From assembly GCF_002571385.2 (NCBI RefSeq), contig NW_019218225.1:52384-116383 (forward strand): a DNA stretch of 64,000 nucleotides, given 5' to 3'. Below, piece by piece: positions 23,804 through 35,700 of the stretch. Origin of the DNA: Stylophora pistillata (Eukaryota). The position numbers and the translations under genes were made by a program. Below the pieces are notes generated by a model. That model was not told the DNA's origin. It saw only the letters and a list, made by a program, of their open reading frames with translations, and searched no databases. Position 1 is the first letter of the stretch. Every line of letters begins with the position of its first letter.

Positions 23804-24378
23804 TGTTACGGTATTTTCTCAACCACCAGAAAGAAACAACTCATACCAACTCAACTACTTTATTAACTGACAGAATAATCTTACTACGGAGCGATACCAA
23901 TACTAATATGATAACTATCTTCTTAACTTAGAGCCCTCTAAAAAACTATAACCTCAGTGTATTATTGCACAACTCACAGTTCTCTTCACTGAGAGATCCT
24001 TGTAACGTATCGATATCCACTTAAACTTTTTCCAACGGAACCCTACCACACGGCTGACGATTCCAATAACAGTAAATAACTCCAACAACTCTCTGTAGTC
24101 CGGCTCTGTAATAACACTAGCTCCTCTGGGCTCTTCACGACAACACTAACTCACTGAAAAAGGCCTAACTTTAACCGATCGCGACCCCTTGTATATGTTT
24201 TACAAAATGTTCTGGGGATTCGTAATGCAATTATTTTTAGTATCATTACATTACTGTTGCATCATAACAAAATATGCTGACTAAGGGTTCTAGAAAGTTC
24301 CATTAAGAGTTCTTAATGAGTCAGCATGACTAAGCGTTCTAGAAACTTCTTCAGTTCTATTTAAGTACTCCCGTAACA
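23804..24378 (-). mobile_element. Solo-LTR-like element
   Basis: TG...CA ends with the 8-bp inverted termini TGTTACGG/CCGTAACA. On the minus strand the order is enhancer motifs, a TATA-like sequence (~24195) and AATAAA (~23860). No TSD was found. Confidence 0.55.
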
Positions 24379-25841
24379 CAACGCTCTCTCACGCTGATTG
24401 CAGTACTCCAAAAACGACTAAGGAACAAACTTTGATTGTTTTCAAGAATATAATTTTTTGGACTGTAAGCTTTGCTATTCTGGATAAGAGAAGGAAGAAC
24501 AAGTACTAAAATCAGCACCCTTGTGAACAAATCAGCGTACTTTGGATTCTGGCTTGTTATTACACGAGAAATATGGTAAGAGCTCAGCGAAACATCTTAA
24601 AGATTACTTCGCTATATGGTTCGAGTTCTAACAATGCTAAACGTTGTAACTAGAGAGTGGCATATTGATAACCCAGGAGTCATAAGAATTTACCGTTCCG
24701 ACATGGGTAATGTGTTGTTTTTTTCCTTGCAAATAAACCACGTTCCGATGGCGATAAAATCCTAATACTGCACGAGAACCAAGTGAGAGATAATATCCAG
24801 CTCAGAATCCAGTGGCAATAATGTAAACCAGTTGAAAGAGCATAAAAGTTACATATTTCAGAGCCAATCTCAAAGGTGAATAAATCCCCATTTACACGAG
24901 GCAAGGATAAATATTGACAAAAATGATTTTTTTTTTGTTGCAAAGCAAGGATAAATTGTATCGGAAAACAGTTAAAGCCTAGCTTGCCTTGCCGATGTTT
25001 TAGTTTGCCTGGCCTTGTCATTTCTTTTTTCGTTTCGAGATCACGTCGGGACGTTGTTCTTTCTATTCTCAAGACTAGGCGAGGCAAGAACAGAAAGTGG
25101 CACCGTGTCCTTTCTCTAGCGTGTATAAACGGTTACACTGATCATGTACAATTTTTGTGATGATTGTACGCATGCCTTAGCATTGAGGCGCATGCTTGAA
25201 GGTGGTCAGCAGACTTTCAAAATGGTAACGAAAGTGTCTTCGTTCTTAGAAACGTGGACAAATGAACAGGCAAATAAATTCTTGGCCTAATGGTCCGAGG
25301 AAACGATATTAAGGCAGTTCCTATACTCATCCTCGGACAACCATTTTTTCTGCAGAGTAAATGGGGGTCCCATTTACAGGAGAATATCTTGCATTTTGAT
25401 ATCACTTAGGGTGCTTTGGACGAGAATACTATGTGTGTTATTTATGACAGTGACTTTCGTTCAGGTTTTTGAAATGTCAAGCGAAGTCACACGGCAATGG
25501 TCCTTTTGTTACATTTACCTGAACCGATGAGACTATGCTGTGTCATATTACCAAAAATAATGGTTGGTCTTGCCTGCCTCCCGCTTAAGTATGTTACCTC
25601 ATTGAACCACGACATGATCGAATTTTTGGGGTTTGAATTTAAATTTTTCAGGTCTAACTGAATGAAAGAGCACAAAGAATCAATACTTTTTATCAATAAC
25701 CTGAAGTAACTTCCACGTCGTAGACGATGGATGTGAAAAAACCCCTTTAAGAAAGAAAATGTGATTAAATTATTCCAAGTTTAATCTCGTCTCTTGTTAG
25801 GAATAACTTGAAATCAATCCGCTGTCTAAGCGTTCAGCACG

Positions 25842-28800
25842 TTATAGCAACAACACTTCCCCTTTCCTGATAACTTTTCCATCGCAGTCTAACAAAGTAG
25901 GCCACAAATAGCACTTGATTTTGCGTGACCCTGAGTACAGTGCTCGACGAGAAGGGCTCCTTTCTTCGGAGGGACTAAACGCTTGACTCACTTCGTGGAC
26001 TTTTGGGTCATAGTCAGTGGTCTTGTAGTCAATTCTCAGAGGAGGAACCTGTGTAATAGTACACCATGCAAACTGCGTGCAATATTTAATATAGCCATTC
26101 AGTCTATACAAGAGATCCAAGTCGAATTCAAGGAGAAAAGATCCCCTTTGCAACTGATGACGAGTCCATTTTTCAGAAATAGATCTTTTCACGTCCTGCA
26201 AATGAACGGAACGAACAAACATGATTATATTTTTGTGGGGAGCTTAAAGAGGTTTAAGAAGGGACTTACCGACAAGTTAATGACTACGAGAAAATCACTA
26301 GTTAATCACTACAAGAAAAAAATTAATGACCTAACTAAAATTAAACTAAAACGTTTATGGATGACAAAGCAAAATCAATCCAGAATTTCCACTTTTTAAA
26401 TATTCACTTTCGACGGTATTTGTTAAGACAGTAAACAATCATTAGTCTGTTTTCAACTTGTTTCTTAATTTGTTGTGAATTTGATATGATTTTATCAGTC
26501 ATAACAAATAACTGGAAAATTGCAAAGAAAAGGTAGAAGGGTATTCAGATACTGTTGAGCTTAAAGAACCAATTAAGAACAAATAAAGAGCATTGAATCT
26601 ACCTGAACAAGTGAATTCAAATCGTGTGTCTTCGCTCTTTCTTTGACGAGAATCATCAACTCATTGATCACATCCTGAGTGGCATGCACATCGCCTTTTG
26701 GATTGTTATACAGCGTGTTCCAAAGCTAGCCAATGAAATATGAATATCTGTCACCGATGTAAGTGTAAGTTTCCCTCCACCAATACAATTACTAGCGGAG
26801 GGCAAAAAAACTGCCCTTCAGTGGTTTGAAAACGCTTCCTGCTCGATATTGGCCAAGTTGCGATAGACGAAATATCCATCTTCTTTATTTCGTACGCAAG
26901 TGGAGTGCTTTCCACTCAAAGGGAATACAAACTCTAACCTCCTTCAGAACTAAGCACTACTTTATTCAAATAACCAGGATTTTCACGGTTATCATACTCC
27001 TCGGATGTTGGGAAGGGACACACGAAGGGTGTGTCAAGAATAGACCACATTGCCTCCACCATCTCTACTCCGAAGTTGTCGCAAACTTGTATGGAAGCCT
27101 CAAAATCCACTAAGTAAACAGACTTGGTTGTCCTATCGATCTAGGTTAAAAAAGCCCACTTCGATAAAAAAAAAAGCAACTTGAAATTCCTTTATAAGTC
27201 CATCACTACAAAAATTAATGACTAACAAACCGTACTTTGCTTTGGAACGATGTCGTATCTGACCCCAACGCAGGAGCCTCAGCGGCCAATGTTTCCATTA
27301 CACTGGATGTGAATTTGACGAAGGACTCTTTCACCCTGAGAACAACTTCAAAGGCTACCTAGATCCGGAGAGGAAGACATATTTATTAGAAACTTTCTGA
27401 ATACTGTTTCACGTTTTACTAAGTTTGGTGAGCAATGTTAAAGACAAAATTGGCATTTAGCAAGAATTTTCATTAAATGTGTTGTTAAACTTATTTAAAT
27501 GTAAAGAACATAAGTGGAAATAATATATTACTACAAGCTATTCAGCACAAAAATTATAATAAACAAAGTTGCGGTTGTGAATTTGACATGAAAGCAGATG
27601 TTCAGTTTATCGGTTATCTCCTGGTTAGCTATGTCAAATCCACGATCAAGAAAATACTTCTAACTATTTTAATAAAAGACTTTGATAGTAAATTTTATTT
27701 TAGCACGTTCAGCATCTCTTTCTTTAAGGTGACCTTAAGTGTAAACAACTTGTACTTTTCATCTTCCGTACTGAATTTATAATCAATTGACTCGTGTTAA
27801 CAACACGTAGTTTTTTCTGGGGGTGGTACTTGTGTAAGCCCCTTCTTCCTTGAATCCGCTGTTTATTCAGTTGTTATGTAACAAACTTCAAGGGCTACTC
27901 TCGTTTTAGTTATCTTTTTAAGTGCTATTCTGATCTACGCAATGGCTTCTTCATAATTTTAATATTGCCAATCTTGTTTTCGTTTTACCATAACTAAACT
28001 GGAAATGTAAGAAATTTAAGGTAGAAAATGATTTTGTAATTGCGTAAATGACTCGAAGGTACATACCTAGTATGCATGAGCTATTTCACGCAACTTAACG
28101 TGATTCGCTAGTTAAGATAGAAACGATGACGATGCATGAAAATTGGCAGCTTAGTAAGTGTCACCTTTATAACTTGGTGAACAAAAATTTTCACTCAGAG
28201 TTGAGCTAGTCCCGATAGTAGTAAATTGTATTAAGGTTACCGTGCACCTTCAGGGGTGTCTCGCGTGCAAGCGATGTAGCGCGTCCGGTTTAAACTGTAG
28301 ATATCTAAACTCTTATATCAAATTAAAGCTTATAGGATTGGCTATCAGACTATACAAAAAATTGTGAAAAAAATGAATTGTCGAAATTTTCACGACTTCT
28401 AAATGCGAGCGCCCAAATTACCTTTTGAACGTTACGTGTCAAAGCGAATTTTGTTTTTCGCTTATTTAATGTGTTCCTCCGTTTCCGGGGCCAAAGCGAT
28501 AATTAGCGATAACGTATTAAATTTCAGTGAAAAGTTACGGAACATTTTTCAAATAGGATTAAAAAAATGTGGAGTGATCGTACAAAAATCGCTCTTGAAA
28601 AAAAAGTATTTAGAAATAAAAAATTCGGAGACACTCTTTTGTTGTTTAAATGTAAAACTAGCTACTGTCAAAATTTGAGAGCAATCGAACAAATTCCGTT
28701 TGACTTGTTGCCCTTAAAAGGTGATTCGGGCGCTCGCATTTAGAAGTAGTGAAAACTTCGACAATTAATTTTTTTTAAACTTTTTGGTATGGTCAGTTCT

Positions 28801-31800
28801 ATAAGCTTTAATTTGATATAGGAGTTTAGATATCTACAGTTTAAACCGGACGCGCTACATCGCTTGCACGCGAGACACCCCTGAAGGTGCACGGTAACCT
28901 TAAAAGATCAAAGCAAGGAATAAAGAAGTATCAACTGTACAACAACTCTACAAGAGTGTCACATAATACCTCTAACTGCAACTCTAGGCTCACCGTGAAG
29001 AGTTTCTAAAGCTGAACTAGTTTCGAGCGCACGAAACGTCCGCTTCAGAAACGACTCTTTAATATGACCAATTTGCATCATCAAATCAGTTTATAAAAGC
29101 AAATTATCTTTTTATACTCCCACCAACACAGCACCACAGTTTCTTTAGAAACTCACACCGTTTATGCCAAGCTAAGCCTCGTTGATCCTTCACTCTATAC
29201 GCTTGAATTTTCACTCTTTGAATTAGATTTACACATAATTCAAGCACCCCGTGGGACACAGATGAAGGGCTGTACCTCGAATATGAAGCAGGCCGATCTA
29301 CAGCACTTTACATACTCCAGTGAGGTGTTGTTACTCCCCCTCCGACGTCCAGATTTGCTTGTCATGACGTCTATTGCATCAACACGTGTGCCGTCCTTAA
29401 AATCGATGACGTAATCGCTCTCCAGCTGAGACTGTCTGTTGGTACTCAACGTATTTTCAGTTCTTCTCTGATCAGACCTAACTCTTCTTTCCGAGACAGC
29501 TGCATGTCTATGAACGATAAGCAATATTTTTGAATGGGTGAATAAATTGCTCTAGCTTTAACAACAATCATTTTATTTTATTTTATTTTATTTTATTTAG
29601 CTTTGCCAACCGGCAGGGAAACCGCAACAGCTTGCGCCGATTACTGCGGGCCCAATAAACACACCCATCCCACCCCAGGGGAGGACATCCATCACACAGT
29701 AATCTCGAGTGTGGGAAATTAACGTCTCCTGCCCTTAACCCTGCAGGAGACGGGACCTCCATTTATTCGTCCCTATCCGAGAAGACTAGAATATCTAACC
29801 ATTTCTTGATGTTATAGAAAGGTAGCAAATTCTTCTCAATTATTTTAAGACCCTGAGTGTTGGTCCGGCTGGGGCTCGAACCCTCGACCTCCCGCACAAC
29901 AGTCCAGCGCTCTATCCATTGAGCTAACCGGGAGGCGGTCCAAATGCAGAATTGCAAAATCAAATGCAAAACAAAACAAATGACAACTTGGTCGTCTGGC
30001 TGATGGTTATTTGCTTTGAGGTTTCTTGGAACATCCTCTTTGAAGTAAAATATGATTTACCTTTTACAATGCTTTGATTACCTTTCACAGATTGCGCTTA
30101 TATTATCCGTCATTTACAAGTGGACCTTGTTTAATGGGATTCTTTGCTCGATTGAGACAATGACAAAATATTCAAGATAGCATAAACAGCTTTTACCAAT
30201 ACCTTTCTTTAAATCTGTCGAGCTCTCGGCGATATCCTTCGGAGACTTGTCTCGCTTTCATTATTTGTTGCTCATAATTAACCCTTTCATAAAAAATAAA
30301 CATGAAACAGTGTAAAACGTAACTTTTTAAAAAAACCAAGATCTATCCCGTCATTGCAAAACGCTCAATCGAGTTACCTTCTGTGGCAAAACCTTTCTTT
30401 CCCACCTTATGTACTTCTGTATTTCTTAAGCAACGCGAGAACAAAACAGTTGACGGCCACTCATGTAATGAAGCAGCACGCAGGCCTCACAAGCAACTTT
30501 GGAATCCAACAGGTGTTAGCGGCCTTAACCACAAACTTTATCTCCCTAACCTCCTCTTTTGTTTTTTATCCAATGAAGTCTGATACCCAACTACCACAGC
30601 TGGGTAAATCCTTTTTTCATAATTAAAGTAAACACTCACCTCTGAGAGTCTCTGGAATATCTGTGACTGACACTGCTTCTCTCCTGTAGAAGGTGCTCAT
30701 ATTCTTTCAATTTTTTCCTCAAATCCTGGTTCTCCTTTGAGCTACGAAATAGTGATCGTAAGGATTGCATGAGGCTAACAATATTATGTTAAAAAGAGTT
30801 TCCTGAAGAAAAATATCTAATTTCCGTTAAGTTTGCCGTCAAGTTTTCCGTCATTGGTAATCCTAAACGAAAAAAAGCAATGACCTATAAGGAAACGTCG
30901 GGTATTTTAAGCTTCGCGATAACTTCTTTATGTGTATATGTAACAGTAGAAAGCATAACTTAGTTTGAGAGTATTCTCGTTTCACATGTTGGTCACGGTA
31001 AATATACTGGTCTGTCTTCTTGTATTCTTAAATCTCTGAAACGAAGTCATTGCTAAATGGATGAAACTTCATTAGTCTTATAAGCATTAGCATAAGTTTC
31101 TAACAGCTACTATTTATTTTAAAATGATAACAATTTCAAGAGAAGAAAACAACAAACGATGAACACTCGAGATGCATTACCTTTGATTGAGGTTCTTATT
31201 CAACTCATTGTTGTTTTTCTGAAGAGTTTCCGTGTTAGCCTGAAGTTGCTGCTGAAATTTTTTCTGTTCTTCTAAAAACCTATTGCATTGGTAAACAACA
31301 GGGTTAACAATTAGCAGTAACTTAATATACTGAGCTGCATGCACGATCTCTGGTTGAACGGGTTTTGAATTTAGTGACATTATCAATGACATTGATAATG
31401 AAAACACTCTCCTAGATAGTGTGTGCATGTATTTTAAATTCATTTGTGTTTTACAATGCTTTTAAAATACCTTTCTTTGTATTTTCTACTGAGCTGTCGT
31501 TTCTCGGCTTCCAGTTGGTCTTTAAACCATTTCTCACTAATGGTTGCCTGGCTAGGCGAATTTACCCTGAGAAATAAAAGTAAGAATTTTCCATTTCATA
31601 ATCTAAAACTTACCAGGCATGTTGCGAGGATGTTGTATTCACAGCCCCAATTACAAGAACCTGATTTCAAACTCTTGAGTAATTTAATTGCCCCGTAAAC
31701 GCTGCTGTTTTCCTTTTTTTGCACATCTGGCCCCTGTTGTTCCAAGGTTGGATAACGCTTTCCACTGAACAAATCTCTAACCGTTGGATAGCGCAGTACG

Positions 31801-32293
31801 TTTTGTTGACAGTTATTCGCTGTTTAGTGACTCATCCGTTGGATAGCGTTATCCGCCCTTCAGGTACCTTCACTTAAATCCCAGCAAATGACAGGAAACG
31901 GTGGAATTTCGTTTGTTTGCTTACGGAGTCTACTCGTGCAAGATCAACGTTGTTCAGTCGAAAGTGTCCTGTGTTTTATCACGGTTCTATCCAAGTTATG
32001 AGTATAAGTAAAAAATTGCTTCCAATTCAGACCCTGCATCGGCCAAAGGGAGGTATAAGACGATAAACAGAGGGTATTTATTATACTGTTTACCTTGAAC
32101 GCGACGCTTCATTCGCTTCCTTCTTTAGTCTCTCGTTCTCACTTTGGAGTCGTCTGAGCTCCTCAGGAAGCTTTATTAAATTCTGGATGAACTCTTGGTT
32201 GGTAGCGAGTGGTTCCACTTCATTCGTGAACTCCGGTGATTCTCTCTGAGTTCCATACCATGCACTTGTCGGCCATCTGCTCCGTCCGGCCAT
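25842..32293 (-). CDS. Coiled-coil plus MIEAP/SPATA18-like domain protein, ~469 aa, with GrpE-like C-terminus
   Basis: Exons 32293-32094, 31566-31471, 31279-31181, 30741-30640, 30283-30203, 29507-29276, 27358-27236, 26725-26603 and 26195-25842. All are GT-AG and sum to a 1410-nt open frame. MIEAP-type motifs are ENTLSTNRQSQLESDY...RVDA, YIKYCTQFAWCTITQVPPL, YDPKVH, YLWPTL and GKVIRKGEV. Confidence 0.85.
28235..28899. mobile_element. Non-autonomous DNA transposon (MITE), Kolobok-like
   Basis: TTAA TSD at 28231 and 28900, GG...CC termini, and TIRs of ~180 bp whose outer ~78 bp are perfect. Confidence 0.85.
29010..29160 (+). repeat. Hammerhead/Penelope-related short repeat family, degenerate copy
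   Basis: Ends in CCCACC.AC.CAGCACCACAGTTTCTTTAGAAACT, shared with 41287-41330 and 58884-58925. Confidence 0.6.
29571..29940 (-). mobile_element. tRNA-derived SINE
   Basis: The minus strand begins GACCGCCTCCCGGTTAGCTCAATGG...GGTTCGAGCCCC (A and B boxes), continues through a body, and ends in a (TAAAA)n tail at 29571-29598. Confidence 0.75.
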
Positions 32294-32735
32294 GTTATCA
32301 TTCCAGGAGTACAAATTTAACGAGATGTTCCTAGAAAAAAGTTGCTTCCGCTCTTGCTATTTCCTTTCGCGGAAAACCGGAAGTTGTCACGCTTGTAAAT
32401 GACACAATCTCTAAGTTTTTATTCAAGTTTGCCTTGTTGAAAGGTCGAGTTCAGTGAGCATGAAAATGAAGTTTGTGAGAAAAAACTACAAAGAGAGAGA
32501 GAAAGAAAAAACTTTAAAATGTAAACAATCAAACTATGTTCACCAATATCTCAATTGGATAACCCCCTATTGTTTAGAAAAACACGATTCCTCTTTTGAC
32601 CCTCTATAGGTCAGTTTGATTTCCGGGAAATTTCCCCTCGATTTTGACGAAATAACATTGAATTGGTGCGATCGCACACAATTTGCTTTCGCGTTCAAAG
32701 TAGAAGTCTTTATTCAAGGGAGATATCGGAACGCC
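32294..32735. promoter_or_regulatory. Putative bidirectional promoter B with STAT/GAS, ETS and NF-kB motifs
   Basis: TTCCTAGAA at 32328. TTCGCGGAA at 32366, then ACCGGAAGT at 32376 and TGTCACG at 32385. TTCCGGGAA at 32621 overlaps the perfect palindrome GGGAAATTTCCC at 32625-32636. Confidence 0.62.
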
Positions 32736-35700
32736 ATGGCCTTATCTCTGACAGGTAACTTAAACTTCAGTATTCACTGACCGTTTGGTCAGTTTGGGGT
32801 TTTGGTGACATAGCAACAAGACATAACTCACTGTGCTTATACTTAATTGGATGCAACGACTGATGTCCACTCGCGATGGTTCAGAATATACAAAATAATG
32901 TTCTTAAGACCATTGGTTATAAAGCCACTGATCTCGCAATAATTACTGACAGTGATCGACGAAAACTATCGATTGATTGTAAAGCTGACATGCATTACGA
33001 TACGTAGGCGAACTTATTCTCGCCTTGCAATTTTGTCACAAGCTCGGTGTCAACAGTCACAGCATTCAGCTACTTTCGCTTTGTTATAGATACGGCTGTA
33101 GAAGAAAACAGCCTCTAAAGCAGATTTAAAAAACCAATTGCGAGATTATGTACTTACCTACCTTTGATAAAAAAAAAAGGTAGTCTTAATCAATCATATT
33201 TAATTTCCGTCGGGCAAGTTTGCGGCCGTGTTATCATCAAACAATTTGTAACATAATAACGATCAGATCTGAAAGTGCGCATGCCCAATGCAGGTTCCAG
33301 TGGTACTTGCCTAATATCTTGATTTCCTAAGTCTCATCTCAAGCTACAAAGAACTAAGCTTTATAATCATTTATAATTTGCATCTTATCTTCTCTGTGTT
33401 TTTGTGAAAAGACAGACCGAAAAATTAGGATGCAATATACTTTCTTTTGCTTGATTTTGGGTTCAGAGACTTTTGTGCGTTTCGCTAACGACCAGCCGTG
33501 CATGTCATAAAATATTTTATAAATGGTAATGTTACAAAAAAAAAAGGCAAGAGCCTTGGTACAAAAGAGGACTCAGCACAAGCCAAATAAAAGGATAACG
33601 AGAGATTTCAGGCCGGGCTAAATCATAAAACGAAGCACTTATCCAAAAATATAAAGTCATACTGAGATTATAGATATACTTTTTTTAAGAGATTTACATA
33701 CATACGTTTATTGTTACTCCCAACTTCGGCTTTTCGGTTACAACTGATGTCTTACTACAATATTTATGATTCGTATAAGTTAAAAAGGAGAGATTTACAA
33801 GCATCTGAAGCGTCATCTTTACATATTTCACTGAAGAACTCCAAATTATTTATGAAGGAGAGTGATAATAGAAAACAAATCGGTGATGGAATAAGGTGTA
33901 CAAGCATCCCAAATTCCAATGCGTCCTACTCACAATGCGGACTCGGATAATCGCTTACTAACCAGTAATTAATTCTGAACTGGGAAGGTAGCAGGTCTAA
34001 AATTGCTTTCCGATAGGGGATATGGAAAGTACATGGTAGTCGGCGACACTTGTATGCCTAGGAAAAAACGTCCGTCAATTTTTTTAATCTATTTAGATTA
34101 TATGCGGAATAGAGTAGCCTATACTCAAACTCCAAAGCAGGGTAATGAAATATTGACTTAATTTGTCATGAGATCATTCTGTTTTGAACTTGTTGCAAAC
34201 ATTCCCAGCAATTTGTGAGACAAAGACATCTGAATCCGATAATCTGAGAGTTTTAGCGACGTTTTTCCATCATTTATCAATTTAAAAGAGGAATCTAGAA
34301 AAGGATCAATAATACTTTAATACTTTGTTAGATTTCCTATTGAAGCTTTCAGAATTTAATTAAAATATAAGAAAATATATGAAAAGAATAAAAAGTTAAA
34401 GTCGTATTATAATGCATAGGATGATTATATTTAAAAACTTAATTAGTGCTGCTAAAAATATTCCTTAAAACTAGTTTAAAACTTAGAAAAGAGTCATTAC
34501 ATCTAACGCTCACGGGCAGATTGTTCCACACTGTAAGTGCTCTACACCGGAAATTGCGCTGACCTGCAGATAAGCAGTAGTTCGGATAACAACAAAATCT
34601 GACTGAGTAAAGAAGGAAAGCTCATATGGCATCTTGTCATATCCTCTGTTCAAGCAAAAGGGGACTTTTCCGTGTTCAGACAGTTTCATCTAAACATTTA
34701 AGAATCTGAGTTGAAAGAATTCGAGACAATTATACAAACCTGAGAACTCAACTGTGTCACCATACCCCCATATAAACACATCTCACGACCAATGAGAGCG
34801 GAGAGCATAGTGTTGAATGGGAATTGACAAAAAGTGATGATAGTGGTTGCCTATAGCTTAGACTAACTTTACCAACCTCCTCTTAAACCAAACCGCTAGA
34901 GACAGTAATCTCTCAGTTTAATTAAAGGGTTTTTTTTAAAAAGAACAATTTGATCCCAGTTACTTAGACCCTTAGAATTTATTTGAGGAATCTTATTTTT
35001 TATTTCAATTTTTTTCAAACAGATATTGGCCACTCACTCCTACATCTTGAAAAGTCCTTCCTTGCTACGGTGGCAATAGACTTTGGCACAACCTACAGCG
35101 GGTTTGCCTTCTCATTCAACAAAGACGATGGTGAAGATGCGATTTTTATGAACAGAGACTGGGAAAATGAACAGGGGCACCGAACTAGTAAGACCCCTAC
35201 ATGTCTGCTTCTTAAACCAGATTTGTCATTTGACTCGTTTGGTTACAAAGCTGAAGAAAAGTACGCAAATCTGAATAACCTATCTGAGGAAAAGGAATAC
35301 ATGTTTTTTCGGCATTTTAAAATGCTTCTACACAATGATGAGGTAGGAGTCATATGATTCGTATAGATTATACGAATCATATATGTTTAATCATTTCATT
35401 TCATCTACGATCCTTGATTTGTTTTCCTGTTCTTTTTCATTACTAATGTCATTATCTCCATTGTTATGATTGTCATCGTCGTCATTATCATCGCCAGCGT
35501 CATCGTTAGTATCGTCATCATTGTTATTTTTATGAGGAAAATTCAAGGAGTTGATTAGGGCACATCCCATGCTCTGGGCCTTGCACCCTCTGTCCAATCC
35601 AATTAAATGCTTCTCGTCGAGTCTCAGCAGACAAAGCCACCGCAGGAGTTATAAGTTTTCGAGCATCACCGAATGGTTTAATTAGTTTTTAAATCCTGTT

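Noticed and set aside
22710-24378. Single element defined by the 10-bp inverted termini TGTTACGGGA/TCCCGTAACA
   Set aside because: There is no TSD. Internal termini at ~23795 and 23804 suggest two adjacent LTR-like units, though this is not fully excluded.
24680-25405. Cys-containing minus-strand ORFs
   Set aside because: No identifiable family or splice structure; probably decayed repeat sequence.
29865-29940. tRNA gene on the minus strand
   Set aside because: It continues into a SINE body and a simple-repeat tail.
35391-35597. Asp/Asn-rich ORF
   Set aside because: It is the translation of a trinucleotide microsatellite in an intron.
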